Assembly: GCA_024137785.1 (NCBI GenBank)
Contig: JAHRHZ010000019.1
Location: forward strand, 1,024,155-1,069,314
From: Ginglymostoma cirratum
Taxonomy: Eukaryota
DNA: 45,160 nt
Reading direction: 5' to 3'
How positions within the stretch are numbered: the first letter of the stretch is position 1; each line of letters begins with the position of its first letter. The position numbers were made by a program, and so were the translations under genes. The notes beneath the pieces were generated by a model. It did no database searches. It had not been told where the DNA came from and worked only from the letters and a program-made list of their open reading frames with translations. Positions 12,268-22,989 of this stretch are shown in pieces.

Positions 12268-12303
12268 TAGGAGTCTGAGTCCTACATTAAAGAGAGGGAG
12301 CAT
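12268..12303 (-). pseudogene. Degenerate leader exon remnant of VJ copy 2
   Basis: acaacATGctccctctctttaat aligns with copy 1 acaacATGttctctctgtttaac, 113 nt upstream of the V exon. No donor site recognisable. Confidence 0.45.
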
Positions 12304-12654
12304 GTTGTCAGATTGAGCCAGTTGTGATAATTTGTTCCTGATTGATATCCTGGCAAATAGTCACTGTGTGCTGAGAACAGCGAAATAAATGGTGTTATAA
12401 CAGTGAGCTCACACTGTTGAACCACTGTATGACACATATTAACTTGCCAAACACCGCAATTCTCTTCCCTGGACTATTCATATTGGGAGAGGCTTTCTCA
12501 CACACACAGCAGATGTGAGGATTGGAACTGGGAAGTGTTTGCTGCATTGGAAACGGTAGCCAGACAACATTGAAAGAGACAGGATTTTCCCAAAGACCGA
12601 CAGAGATACAGCGTCTCCACCCTCAGTAAATTGAGGCCTGCCTGCAGGTAAGGG

Positions 12655-13345
12655 TCCCAGAAAAGTAGACAGTTAATGGCAGGACTCTGAAGAGCATTGA
12701 CATCCAGAAAGATCTTAGTGTTCAAGTCCATAGCCCCTTGAAAGTGGCCATGCAAGTAGATAGAGCGGTAAAGAAGGCGTATGGCATACTTACATTTATT
12801 GGTCAGGGAATAGAGTACATGAGTCAGGAAGTCATGTTTTAGCTTCACAAAAGTTGGGTTAGCCACATTTGGAGTGCTACATTCAATTCTGATCGTCACA
12901 TTATCGGGGGTAATTGGAGACTTTAGAGATTGTGCAGAAGACGTTTACCGGGGCTAGAAGGAGAGGCTAGGAAAACTCAGGTTGTTTTCTCTGGAGTGGC
13001 AGAGGCTGAGGGGAGACTTGATTAAAGTATATAAAATTATGAGCATAACTAGGGTTGCCAGTCAGAATCTTTTTCCCAGAGTTGAAATGTCCAATACTAC
13101 GGGGCATACATTAGAGGTGAGGGGGAAAATTTCAGATGAGATGTTCAGGGCAATTTTTTTACACAGAGTGGGAGGAGTCTCGCAGTGGAGGCAGATACGA
13201 AAGGGGTGTTCGAGGGACTTCTCGATAACAATATGAATGTGCAAGGAAAGAAGGGATTTGGAACAAGGGCAGGCAGACGGGATTAGTTTAATTTGGCGTC
13301 ATGTTCGGCACATCATTGTGAGCCAAAGGACCTATGTTCTACGTT
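12655..13345 (+). mobile_element. CR1 LINE 3' fragment
   Basis: FSLEWQRLRGDLIKVYKIM...GHTLEVRG plus 3' UTR. Confidence 0.85.
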
Positions 13346-13536
13346 TTCCTAGGAATGTTTTATCAAGCGCACTCTTCAAGATATGGAAGCTACTCAAAGA
13401 TGGACTCAATTGAGGAATGTGGAAACAATGAAGGTCGCTGACGTGCGCAGAGAAACTGGGGGCAGGAGCGAATCAGATCGGTTTCTGGAACAAGACAGGA
13501 ATTGAGTGAGTAGATGGAGAACAGACTTGTTGGTCC

Positions 13537-14296
13537 AGTAACAAGGTGGAGAGCTGGCTGAGCACAGCAGGCCAGGCAGCATCAGAGGAGCAGAAAAACT
13601 GACGTTTCGCGTCTGGACCCCTCTTCAGAAATGGGGGAGGGGAAGGGCTCTGAAATAAATAGAGAGGGGGAGGTGATGATGGAAGGTGGACAGAGGAGCA
13701 GATAGGTGGAGAGAAGATGGACAGGTCAAGGAGGTGGAGATGGAGCCAGTAAAGGTGAGTGTGGGTCAGGAGTTGTGATGGGGCTCGGTCAGCTGAGAGG
13801 GAGGGACGGGTAAGTGTGAGGGAAGACTGACAGGTCAAGGAGGCAGGACGGAGCTGGGCTGGTCTTGGGATGTGGTCGGGAGTGGGGAGATTTTGAAGCT
13901 TGTGAAGTCCACATTGATACGATTGGGCTGCAGGGTTCCCGAGCGGAATATGAGGTGCTGTTCCTCCAGCCTTCGGGTGGCATCGTTGTGGCACTGGAGG
14001 AAGCCCAGGATGGACATATCGTCCAAGGAATGGGAGGGAGCGTTGAAGTGGTTCGTGACTGGGAGGTGCAGTCATTTGTCACGAACCGAGCGTAGGTGCT
14101 CCACAAAGCGGTCCCCAAGCTTCCGCTTGGTTTCCCCGATGTAGAGGAGGTCACATCAGGAACAGCGGATGCAGTATACCACATTGGCAGATGTGCAGGT
14201 GAACAGCTGTTTAATGTGGAAGGTTTTCTTGGAGCCTGGGATGGGTTGAGGGGAGAGGTCCAGGGGCAGGTGGAGCATTTCCTGCGGTTGCAGGGA
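13537..14296 (-). mobile_element. 5'-truncated Penelope-like element: GIY-YIG endonuclease + pLTR
   Basis: FTCTSANVVYCIRCS*CDLLYIGETKRKLGDRFVEHLRSVRDK*LHLPVTNHFN...RRLEEQHLIFRSGTLQPNRINVDF. pLTR with CTGAAGA-ggggtccagacgc-GAAACGTC at ~13600-13628. Confidence 0.9.
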
Positions 14297-14448
14297 ATTT
14301 TTTTCAGCAGTTCAACTGTCCGTTATTACTTTCTTGCCTGTTTCAGTAAAATCAAACATCAATGCTGCAAAATGTGACAATTAAAGACATTTGCAATGAA
14401 CGTCTCAGGTCTCAGGTTTGAGCTCAGCATCTTGAGCTTTAATACAGG

Positions 14449-14562
14449 TGCGTACGGTTACTCCGGATCGCAGGGACCTGTCAGTACAGTCACTCCCGAC
14501 CGCCGACACAGGTCAGTATGGTCACTCTCGGTAACAGGGGCCCTTCAGTACGGTTACGCGGG
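14449..14562 (+). repeat. Degenerate 32-bp-period minisatellite (~3.5 units)
   Basis: (t)cagta(c/t)(g/a)gt(t/c)ac motif at 14449, 14481, 14513 and 14545. Confidence 0.75.
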
Positions 14563-14910
14563 CGCGTGTGTGTGAGTTAATCAAATTGCAGAGATTGATT
14601 TCCACACAACATTCAGTGACACACAGCTCTAATGATGTCCTGACACCAAATGGGACTGACTGCTCTCCGCTGGTTTATGCAGCTTTGCTCTTCATTTCAG
14701 TGAAGCTTTCCCAGACTGTTCCTCATTTATACAAAATGTAGCAGATCCACAAGCTTCTCCTGAGCCCTTGTTGGTGTTCCAGAAACGTATCGTTAAGGTC
14801 TCTAATAAACAGACTGATCCACTGGCTGTAATATCTAATAGAAAACAAAGAAATTTTACAAACTGTGAACTAGCAACAGATGCACAATGTAAGGATGTTT
14901 GTAATATTAC

Positions 14911-14978
14911 CTTATTGTAACATTTTAAATTCTCGCCGAGTACATAGCTTTGGAATCTTCCGCAAAATCTCCTGAGAA
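14911..14978 (-). pseudogene. Cytoplasmic-tail exon (FSGDFAEDSKAMYSARI*)
   Basis: Acceptor atctctttccag|, donor aag|gtaata. Phase 0 matches the upstream exons. Stop at 14925-14927. Confidence 0.55.
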
Positions 14979-15116
14979 CTGGAAAGAGATGTACAGAAGT
15001 GTTTAAAACATTGTTCCAATTGGTTTCTGAGGTCCCTGGGATGATGCACTGTCTTTGGTTGTTTCTTCAATCAGCTGCGCATCATATTTAAACCCGGAAC
15101 AGCTATTAAGTCTGAC

Positions 15117-15137
15117 CCGAACAGATTTGTAAAGGAG
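15117..15137 (-). pseudogene. 21-nt cytoplasmic micro-exon LLYKSVR (ITIM-like)
   Basis: Strong acceptor ctttgtgtttctctgcag|, donor cgg|gtcaga, phase 0/0. Confidence 0.5.
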
Positions 15138-15823
15138 CTGCAGAGAAACACAAAGCGATGGATATTCCCCAAATTGATAATAATGTGTCTCAATCACAGA
15201 GAATACGGTCGAAAGAATCATGCAGATACAAAAATAAAGTTCTGGGAACTGCATCAAAACCCAATCAGCTGAGGGGGTGAGGAATTGTCACAGAGCAGAT
15301 TTCATGGTCCCAGCCACTGACGCAAACGATGAAAGTACAAGGTCATCTTTCATGAGCTGAAGATGTGAAAGATTAGATTGGAAAGCTTTACACACTGCCC
15401 ACAGTGTCCCTCTGGTTATGGGGTCCCAGACACACATTCGCAGCAAATCGTGCAGATGAAGAGGATCACGTTAAAGAACAGGGACCTCTGATGGAATGAA
15501 AGTCACCCTTGCAGCCCGCCCCTCCCACGAGGAGGTGCTATTCCTCAGAAGTGATACTATCCACAAATAACGCCTGGTCTTTCACCAAAGACTAGTGATC
15601 TAACATGACGCTATTGAACGGTAGAGCGGGCTCGAAAGGCTGATGACCCACTGGTCTTCCTATTTCCTACGATCTCCATAGACCCTCGATATCAGGATGT
15701 GTCACACCTCTTGCTCCAACTTGGAAATTCGGCGCTCAGTGGCAAAGACTCAAAACACACGGTCAGACGTGTCCCATCAGACAGAGCCTTGCCAAGACAG
15801 AATTCAACAACTTTAAAAACTAC

Positions 15824-15881
15824 CGTTCTCATATTTTCATAATCTGCAGTTGTGTTTGGATCATCACTGCTCCAGATTGTG
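15824..15881 (-). pseudogene. Cytoplasmic exon TIWSSDDPNTTADYENMRT
   Basis: Acceptor ttgatctttgctttcacag|, donor acg|gtagtt. This is the only open frame and contains YENM. Confidence 0.65.
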
Positions 15882-16355
15882 CTGTGAAAGCAAAGATCAA
15901 ACACTTCTTGCCATCAGTTCAAATAATTTTCATTACATTGATCTGCTGCCAACAGTCTCTCCATTCCCAGCTTGCTGAACACGTTGTTCTGGTCTTTCCT
16001 GTTCTAGTAGGACAGTTGGGGGCAGAGTGGCAATATCACTGTTTATCGGAATCTAGAGGCCCAGGCAAAAGCTCTGGGAGTTGATTTTGGATTTGGGTCC
16101 AAATTTGGATCTGATTTGGATGCCTCTTCTGGTAAGTTGTGGCCTGGTCAATGTTCGGATGGTTTCCTATCCCTCAGAGTAACTATCATTGGATCCTGGG
16201 AGGTTTTTGTAAAATTCCCTTCATTTACACTTAATGGCCTGGGCGATAGGGCATCCCTTTCAGTTACAGAATACTCATTCTTCATTCTTCAGAATCTCAC
16301 ACCTGACTACTAATGTCAATGTTACCTTATCCTCTCCATCACTTGCTCGTTACTG

Positions 16356-16560
16356 GGGGTGGGGGGGGGGTGGTTAGCTCAGTTGGTTGGTTGGCTGGTT
16401 TCTGATGCACTATGACAACAGCAGCTGAGGACACCATGTAGGACTCTCCTTCTCAATCTGTCCCATCATCTGAGGCATGTTAAAGCACCCCCAGTCGTCC
16501 CTCTTTCGTGAGAGAATAGCTCTATGGTCCAGTGAGATTATGTAACTTTATGTGACTTAA
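16356..16560 (+). mobile_element. tRNA-derived SINE (second family)
   Basis: Head ggttagctcagttgg; a related copy lies on - at ~43380-43565. Confidence 0.6.
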
Positions 16561-16564
16561 GGTG

Positions 16565-16830
16565 CATTGGTTCCAAACCCAGCAGATTTCAGTTATTATT
16601 TATTGTTAAAACAAATTCTGGAATTAAATCCTAGTCTCAATGATGGTGACCATGAAACTGTCTTTGATTGTTGTAAACACCCATTTAGTTCACTAACACC
16701 CTTTAAGGAAGGAAACTACCATCCCCATGTAGTCTGTCCTGCATGTGACTCCAGGTCAACAGTAATGTGGTTGGGTCTGAACTGCCCTATGGGCAATCAC
16801 AGATGGACAATGAATACTGGCTGTGAATGA
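16565..16830 (+). mobile_element. tRNA-derived SINE with CR1-like tail, 5'-degraded
   Basis: gaccatgaaac...gttcactaa...catgtgactccag...gggcaatc, as in 4295-4650. Confidence 0.75.
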
Positions 16831-16881
16831 ATCAAACAGAGCCAGATATAATAATCAAGACAAAGTGAATGATTAACTCAC

Positions 16882-17001
16882 AGGTGGAGGTCTGTTTTTT
16901 TCTGAGATATGTGGATGCAATGAATACAATTACTCAAATAATTCCCAACACAGCCCACAGAATGAGCCAAATAAGTTTCATCTTCCAAATGTGTTTGATT
17001 T
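16882..17001 (-). pseudogene. Transmembrane exon of a type I receptor with internal TGA
   Basis: gttcctttcacag|(E)IKHIWKMKLIWLILWAVLGII*VIVFIASTYLRKKQTST|gtgagt. 120 nt, phase 1/1, hydrophobic span followed by an RKK stop-transfer signal. TGA at 16934-16936. Confidence 0.75.
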
Positions 17002-17889
17002 CTGTGAAAGGAACTGACATGTTTAAGCTGTTATACGTCGCATCTACTTGGACAGAGGTGGCAATTGGTGCCCAACGGTGATTGATATCTGTGTGATCAC
17101 CCTTTACACATGCAAACACGATAGCACCATTTATACTTTCCTGTAGAAGATCCATGATGGTGTTGTGCTTCCCAGAATCTTTGTAATTACAGAATTGTCG
17201 AAATTTTACCCAAGCATCTAATGCAGGTTCAAAGAGTAAGTTATTTTTAATTTACCCATTTTTCTAATCAGCCCGTTCAGGGATGTTATTTTACACCTCT
17301 TAAACTGGCAGGGCTTGAAATTACGGTTCACGATACTGAGGTAGAGACTCTACCACCATGCACAACAAGGTTTTCATTAACAGGAAAATCACGATTTACT
17401 GCAAATTCTGGTCCCAGTCAGAATCACACACATCAATGAGTTGCTATATGACTTGCTGAGGTAATGAGCATTCTCTGCTCACTGTTTGAGACAACATTTC
17501 CGTGTGTTCCAGTAATCTTTAACGGTAAAACTACAAACACCTTCTCACACAGTTTCCTTGATTTAAAGCAGTATCTTCTTCCATTTTTGGTCCACAGTCC
17601 ACAAAATACAAATGGTCTTTACATGGCTGCACCCTTGGGAGAGATGAAGCATCATTTCAGAAAAAGGGTTTGATCTCGAGGACAAACTGTTGGAACAGGC
17701 ACCCTTCTCCGATACACAGACAAATATCAGGCTCCACAATCAGTCAGTTCCGTGAGGAAATGTTGGGAACTTTCCAAGCTGGTGTTGACCTAAAAGGCCA
17801 CACTTCAGTATGGCAGTAATCAACATCATTGGCTGAACTCGATCGGACATGATGTGGGTCTGAACACAGTCACAAAGTGCAATGACAGT

Positions 17890-17903
17890 CCAGCAGAGGG
17901 CAA
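17890..17903 (+). promoter_or_regulatory. Candidate CTCF site
   Basis: ccagcagagggcaa closely matches the CTCF core CCAGCAGAGGGCGC, in apparently non-repeat DNA. Confidence 0.35.
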
Positions 17904-18749
17904 CTGAGTGCTCTCAGTGTGTGACCAGTTTGGCTACTTCAGAAAATGCTGTGTTAACAGCATCTTCATTACAGAACAAAGATCAGTTCCTGCAAGAGGA
18001 GAATGGAAAATGGAAGTTATTCAACAAGGATAGAGTTCAAGGAAATAAACATAGAAAATAAAGCCTGTACCCCTAGAGCAGGTCAAAGAGAGACATAACA
18101 GATTCTGAACCATCAATGTGAAGGTGCAAGGCTTTGAAAAAGCTTGGAAACGTGGCACAGGAGTAGCTGTTTCAATGCAGGCAAACAGCTTGCCTCTGTT
18201 GAAGTCAGTGAGAGTCAGAAAGATCTCCAAGGACCAGAAGGCACAGATCCTCAGGAGTGAAGACTGATCACAGCGAAGATTAGTTACTGTGAGTGAAATT
18301 GCACTGAAGCATTATGTATCCTGGACAATCAGCCTGCCTCATTGCTGAACAGTAATGCAAATATTTGCCTAGATTTCTGGAAGACTGAAACCACTCAGAG
18401 AATCCTCTCGATTGACAAACATTGCCGCCTGCAAAATGCGGCAACATCTTAGGCCCATTTCATGAATGTTGCCGGTGTACATGATATTTGCCTATCATGT
18501 GATCAACATTGCTGGCCCACAGATCACAGTGAAATGTTAGAGTGCACCTTCAGTCACTGTCACAGCTTCACAGTATCTACCTGACCTGTGAATAGAAAAT
18601 TACAGATCAAAACAGATGAGAAACCTCAAAAATGATCACTTGGAAATGAAGCTATGATAAAATCTCTTGGATAGCATCAATAATTGTTATGAATTCTCAC
18701 TAGTAAGTCTGAACAAAATTGTTTTAGACAAGATTAAGCACAAAAGGGT

Positions 18750-19197
18750 AACTACGCAGAAAATAGAGCCCCTTCAAGATCAGCAAGGCTGCTGATGTGT
18801 GGAACTGCAGGAGATGGGAGAGTACCAAATGAACACTTTGCATCAGTGTTTGCTGTGGAGAAAGATGGAGAATGTGGGGAAATAAATAGCAACATCTTGA
18901 AAAATTTCCAAATTAAAGGGAAGGTGGTGTTTGATGGCTTAAAATGCATAAAGGTGGATAAATCCCCTGTACCTGATCAGGTGTATCCTAGAATTGTATG
19001 CGAAGCTGGGGAAATGATTGCTGGGCTCCTTGCTGAGATATTTGTATCATTAATAGTCGCAGGTGAGGATCCAGAAAACTGGAGGTTTGCTAATGTGTTG
19101 CCACTATTTAAGAAAGGTGGCAAGGAAAAGCCAGGGAACTATAGACTGGTGAGCATTACATCAGTGGCGGGCAAGCTGTTGGAGGGGATCCTGAGGG
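18750..19197 (+). mobile_element. CR1 ORF2 internal fragment
   Basis: NEHFASVF...KVDKSPVPDQVYPR...PENWRFANVLPLFKKGGKEKPGNYRLVSITS. Confidence 0.85.
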
Positions 19198-19249
19198 GCC
19201 TCGCCAATGTCTTGTACAAAACAACTTCCTTCTAGAAAGTCAACTTAAG

Positions 19250-19465
19250 GTTCCTCTCCAAGCCACTCACCATCCTGACTTGGAAATATATTGTCATTCC
19301 CTCACTGTCGCTGTGTCAAAACCCTGGTATTCCCTTCCTAAGGGCATTGTGAGTCTACCTACGGTACATGGACTGCAGCGGTTCAAAACAGCTCGACACC
19401 ACCTTTTATATGGCAATATATTGAGCAGTGCAGCCAGTGATGCTAACATCCTATGACTGAACAAG
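19250..19465 (+). mobile_element. CR1-group LINE 3' end fragment
   Basis: Same family as 790-995 and 44150-45160. Confidence 0.7.
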
Positions 19466-19849
19466 GTAAAACTGAGTAAATAAATAGACTGGATTAAGTA
19501 GGAGGATTTATTTGACCATCCATTGAATATGCAGCCTGCACAGTGGAACAGTGAGTCATTGCTGGTATTTCAGGAGCTGGTCAGCGTGGAGCACAGTCTC
19601 TGCTTTGACACTACCCCACAAGCAAACTGCCATGCTGTCCCCGAGGATGGGGAACAGGTTAGAGACACCAGCATGAGTGTATTAATCCCCACCTCTGCTG
19701 TGGAGTCTTGTTTCCAACCGCCTCAGTCATCCCTGCTATTGGACAAATCCCCTGCTCTGTCAGGGCCGTGTGGCACTTGGTACGTAAATCAACTTCCCAC
19801 GTTTAAAGAACTCATGCACTGGCCTTTTCTGGTTCCCACCCAAAATATA

Positions 19850-20800
19850 TGAAGCTCAGAGCTGGGACATTAGAACCCTCCTGTGCCCCAACAACACTGG
19901 ACATGATCGTTCCACTGCAATCATAGCCTGGGATGTTGTACACTCTAGCAGTTGCCTCACTGCCCTGAGAGAGACACTGGGCAGGATGAAGTCAGCGCCA
20001 AGAACATGGTGGCAGATAAACTTTTTTCTGGAAGCGAACATTGAGGAAACACACAACTCCATGGGGTAGTTCCATCAGAAAAAAATGAGCAAGTTTAAGA
20101 TCTCAGTGAACTTCCAAGTGGGATAAACAAACGGGTCATAACCATCTCAGTCAAGCCCAGAAACAGGAGATCACGGTCATTAGTGAGTACGTACCAACAC
20201 CGGAAGCAATGGAGGAGGCCAAAGAGGAATCCATCTCCAGCCTTGGTCAGTCATTGTCTTGCCTGCCAAAGGAAGATGAGCTAATTCTCCTTGAATGATT
20301 TCAATACCAGAGGTTTAAAGTGCACAACCCTCTGGAGAAGCCTGACTGGCAAGGAAGGAGTAAGAAAGGCAAACACCAACAGAGTCCTCCTCCTGACTAA
20401 ATGAGGTGAGCATGGCCTCAACATAACATGCACCCTACTTTGTCAAAGAGGCAAATATGACAAACCCCCTGCCACAGTCACTGGCACCTGTTTGGCCACA
20501 TTATCCATGTGCTCAGGGACCATAAGGATGTTGGTATCACCTTCCCTAGGACAGATGCTTCCATGTATTAGATGGCACATCGATGAACCGACTCTACCAT
20601 CTCCATCACCAGGCCCGAACTGGCAGCAGCAACAGAAACACTGCCAGGGGAAACACAATGTTGATGGACCTGAGGACTTTGTGAAGGAAGAGCTACTCAG
20701 TCAGCATCTCACCACCAACAAGATGATGGTGAATGAACAGGGGCCACAGACTGTCCACACCAACTGGTCTACCCTTAAATCTATCAGAAACAGCAGCTGA
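19850..20800 (+). mobile_element. RTE/BovB-like LINE endonuclease fragment
   Basis: Frameshifted WDIRTLL..., ITVISEYVPTPEAMEEAKE...LPKEDELILL, LWRSLTGKEGVRKANTNRVLLL: the APE domain of the RTE clade. Confidence 0.7.
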
Positions 20801-20834
20801 GAGGGGGCCTCTTGGGCTTTTCAAGGAAGTTTTT

Positions 20835-21415
20835 TTAATCATTCTTGGGCTGAGGACATCAGTGGCTGGGCCAGCATTTATTGCCCATCCCTAACTACCT
20901 AGAGAGCAATTGAGAGTCAGTCACATTGCTGAGGGTCTGGAGTCACATGTAGGTGTGACCAAGTGACAATAGTAGGGTTCCAGGTGGATTTTTTTCAACA
21001 ATTGACAATGCTTTCATGGTCGCCAGTTGATTTTTAATGTCAGATTTTTTTTTATTGAATTCAAATTCCACCATTTTCCCTGTTGGGATTCAAACCCGGT
21101 CCCCCGCACATGAGAGATAGTAGGAACTGCAGATGCTGGAGAATCTGAGATAACAAGGCGTAGAGCTGGATGGACACAGCAGGCCAAGCAGCATCAGAGG
21201 AGCAGGAAAGCTGACGTTTCAGGTCTAGACCCTTCTTCAGAAAGGTTTTCAGATTTTCCGAAGAAGGGTCCAGACCTGAAACTTCAGCTTTCCTGCTCCT
21301 CTATGCTGCTTGGCCTGCTGTGTTCATCCAGCTCTGCACCTTGTTATCCCCAGTACATTAGCTGATTTTCTGCATTATTAGCCGAGCAAAAATATGACAA
21401 GGCCATTGCTTCCTT
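20835..21415 (-). mobile_element. tRNA-derived SINE with CR1-like tail, split by a Penelope palindrome
   Basis: Reverse complement of the 4295-4650 family, interrupted at 21113-21348. Confidence 0.8.
21113..21348. mobile_element. Fold-back Penelope pLTR mini-element (family A)
   Basis: Arms ~21148-21243 and ~21255-21348 are inverted. Hammerhead core CTGAAGA..GAAACGTC on -. Diverged ~11-bp TSD (cccccgcacat / ccccagtacat). Confidence 0.85.
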
Positions 21416-21539
21416 CAAATATCAAGACCAGTTTGAGGACAATGAACAGGGAGTCCATGGGCAACTAAGTCACAAAGTCAGTCATCCCTCAAGTGGGACA
21501 CCACCAACATTGAAAGGAAAGAAATCAGGTCTACAGACA

Positions 21540-22905
21540 TAAGAATCTCAGAAATAGGAGCAGGGGTAGGCCATTGGGCTCCTCAAGGTTGTCCCATCAT
21601 TCGACGAGATCAGGAGTAGTCTGCTCTAGGCCTCAACCCCTCACTTGTGCCAGCTCCTCGATTCTTCAATTCCTCAATGTTTCAAAATTCTGCATCTGTC
21701 CTCTTTAAATCATTTCATTGATGTATCCTCCACAACTCTTAGAGTAGAAAATTCTGGACGTTCACCACCGTCTGGGAGAAGAAATTCCTTACTATCTCAG
21801 TTTTAGATGTGTGTGTCCCTTATTCAGAAACTATATCCCCTAATTCAAGATTTTTCCTCTCGTGGGAATATCTTCCCAGTATCTACCCTGTCAAACCCCA
21901 CCCATGTTTCAATAGAATCATACTGCAATCCTATATACTTTCATGAAGAAAGTCATAACTTGTTTAGCCGCTAATGATTAGCCACCCCTTCATTCCAGGA
22001 AGTAGCTGAGTGAATCTCTTTGAACAGTCTCCCATGCCTGTCCATCTTTTCTTAAATATAGGGATCAAAATTGGACAAAGTACTCCAGGTGCAGCCTTAC
22101 CAACACCCTATGCAGTTGCAACAAGTCTTTCCTTTTAAACTCCAGCCGCCACCAGCAATAAGACTCAAAATTTCATTTAGGGATAAACAGGTGTACAGCT
22201 GGATGAACACAGCAGGCCAAGCAGCATCAGAGGAGCAGGAAATCTGACATTTCGGGCCTAGACCATTCTTCAGTCCAAAACATCAGCTTTCCTGATCCTC
22301 TGATGCTGCTTGGCCTGCTGTGTTCATCCAGCTCTACACCTTGTTATTTCAGATTCTCCAGCATCTGCAGTTCCTACTATCTCTCTCAAAATTTCATTTG
22401 TCTTCTTAATTACTAACTCTACCTGATTGCTTGCACTCGGTGTTTCATGCTCAAGAACACCCACATCCTTCTGTGCTGGAAATCTTTTGGAGTCACTGCA
22501 CTTAAACAACAGTTCATTAAAGTTTCACCCACTTACTCATTTTATCTTTACCTTGTTACAGATTCCTTATGTCCTCATCACACCATGCCCTCCGATCTGT
22601 TAAGTATCACCAGGAACTTTGATTGCATTGCACTGTGCCTGCTGCTCACACTCATGGATATCAATTGTATAATTATTTATAATTCATGTCCTGGGACTGA
22701 TACTTGTGGCATTCCACAAGTTGCATCTTTCTAACCTGAAAAAAATCCACTAATCCCACCTTTCTGTTTCTGTGTTTTAACTAATCCTCAATCCATGCTC
22801 ATACATTATCCGAACACTCTGAGCTCCTTCACTGTGCAACAGCCATTTATGTGGCACCTTATCTCCTGCCTTATGGAGATACAAATAAACTGTATCTATA
22901 TCTAT
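21540..22905 (-). mobile_element. Decayed CR1 LINE 3' portion
   Basis: 3' tail near 21540-21580 (agaaataggagcagg..ggccatt); RT-like remnants QKDVGVLEHE..QVELVIKKTNEIL. Confidence 0.75.
22179..22384. mobile_element. Fold-back Penelope pLTR mini-element with 15-bp TSD
   Basis: Perfect TSD ctcaaaatttcattt at 22164-22178 and 22385-22399; inverted arms. Confidence 0.85.
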
Positions 22906-22989
22906 TCCCCTTTATTAACTTGGCATTGACGCTGTAAGCAGACACCCTAAACCCTTTGGGAAATATTATCATCAATACTTCCATTAAGT

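Noticed and set aside
14449-14562. CRISPR-like repeat/spacer periodicity
   Set aside because: Eukaryotic context, repeats too short and degenerate, and no cas genes.
14690-14834. Further terminal exon after a good acceptor (ILQPVDQSVY*, possible decayed SVYxDL ITIM)
   Set aside because: The frame is ambiguous, the motif needs an assumed indel, and it lies after the stop at 14925.
15937-16352. Candidate linker exons between the TM and YENM exons (27-nt exon at ~16326-16352; QERPEQRVQQAGNGETV at ~15950-16003)
   Set aside because: Phases give stop codons or need an implausibly short intron; cannot be resolved by eye.
18355-18362. Ig octamer ATGCAAAT
   Set aside because: Not near a leader exon; about one such match is expected by chance in 45 kb.
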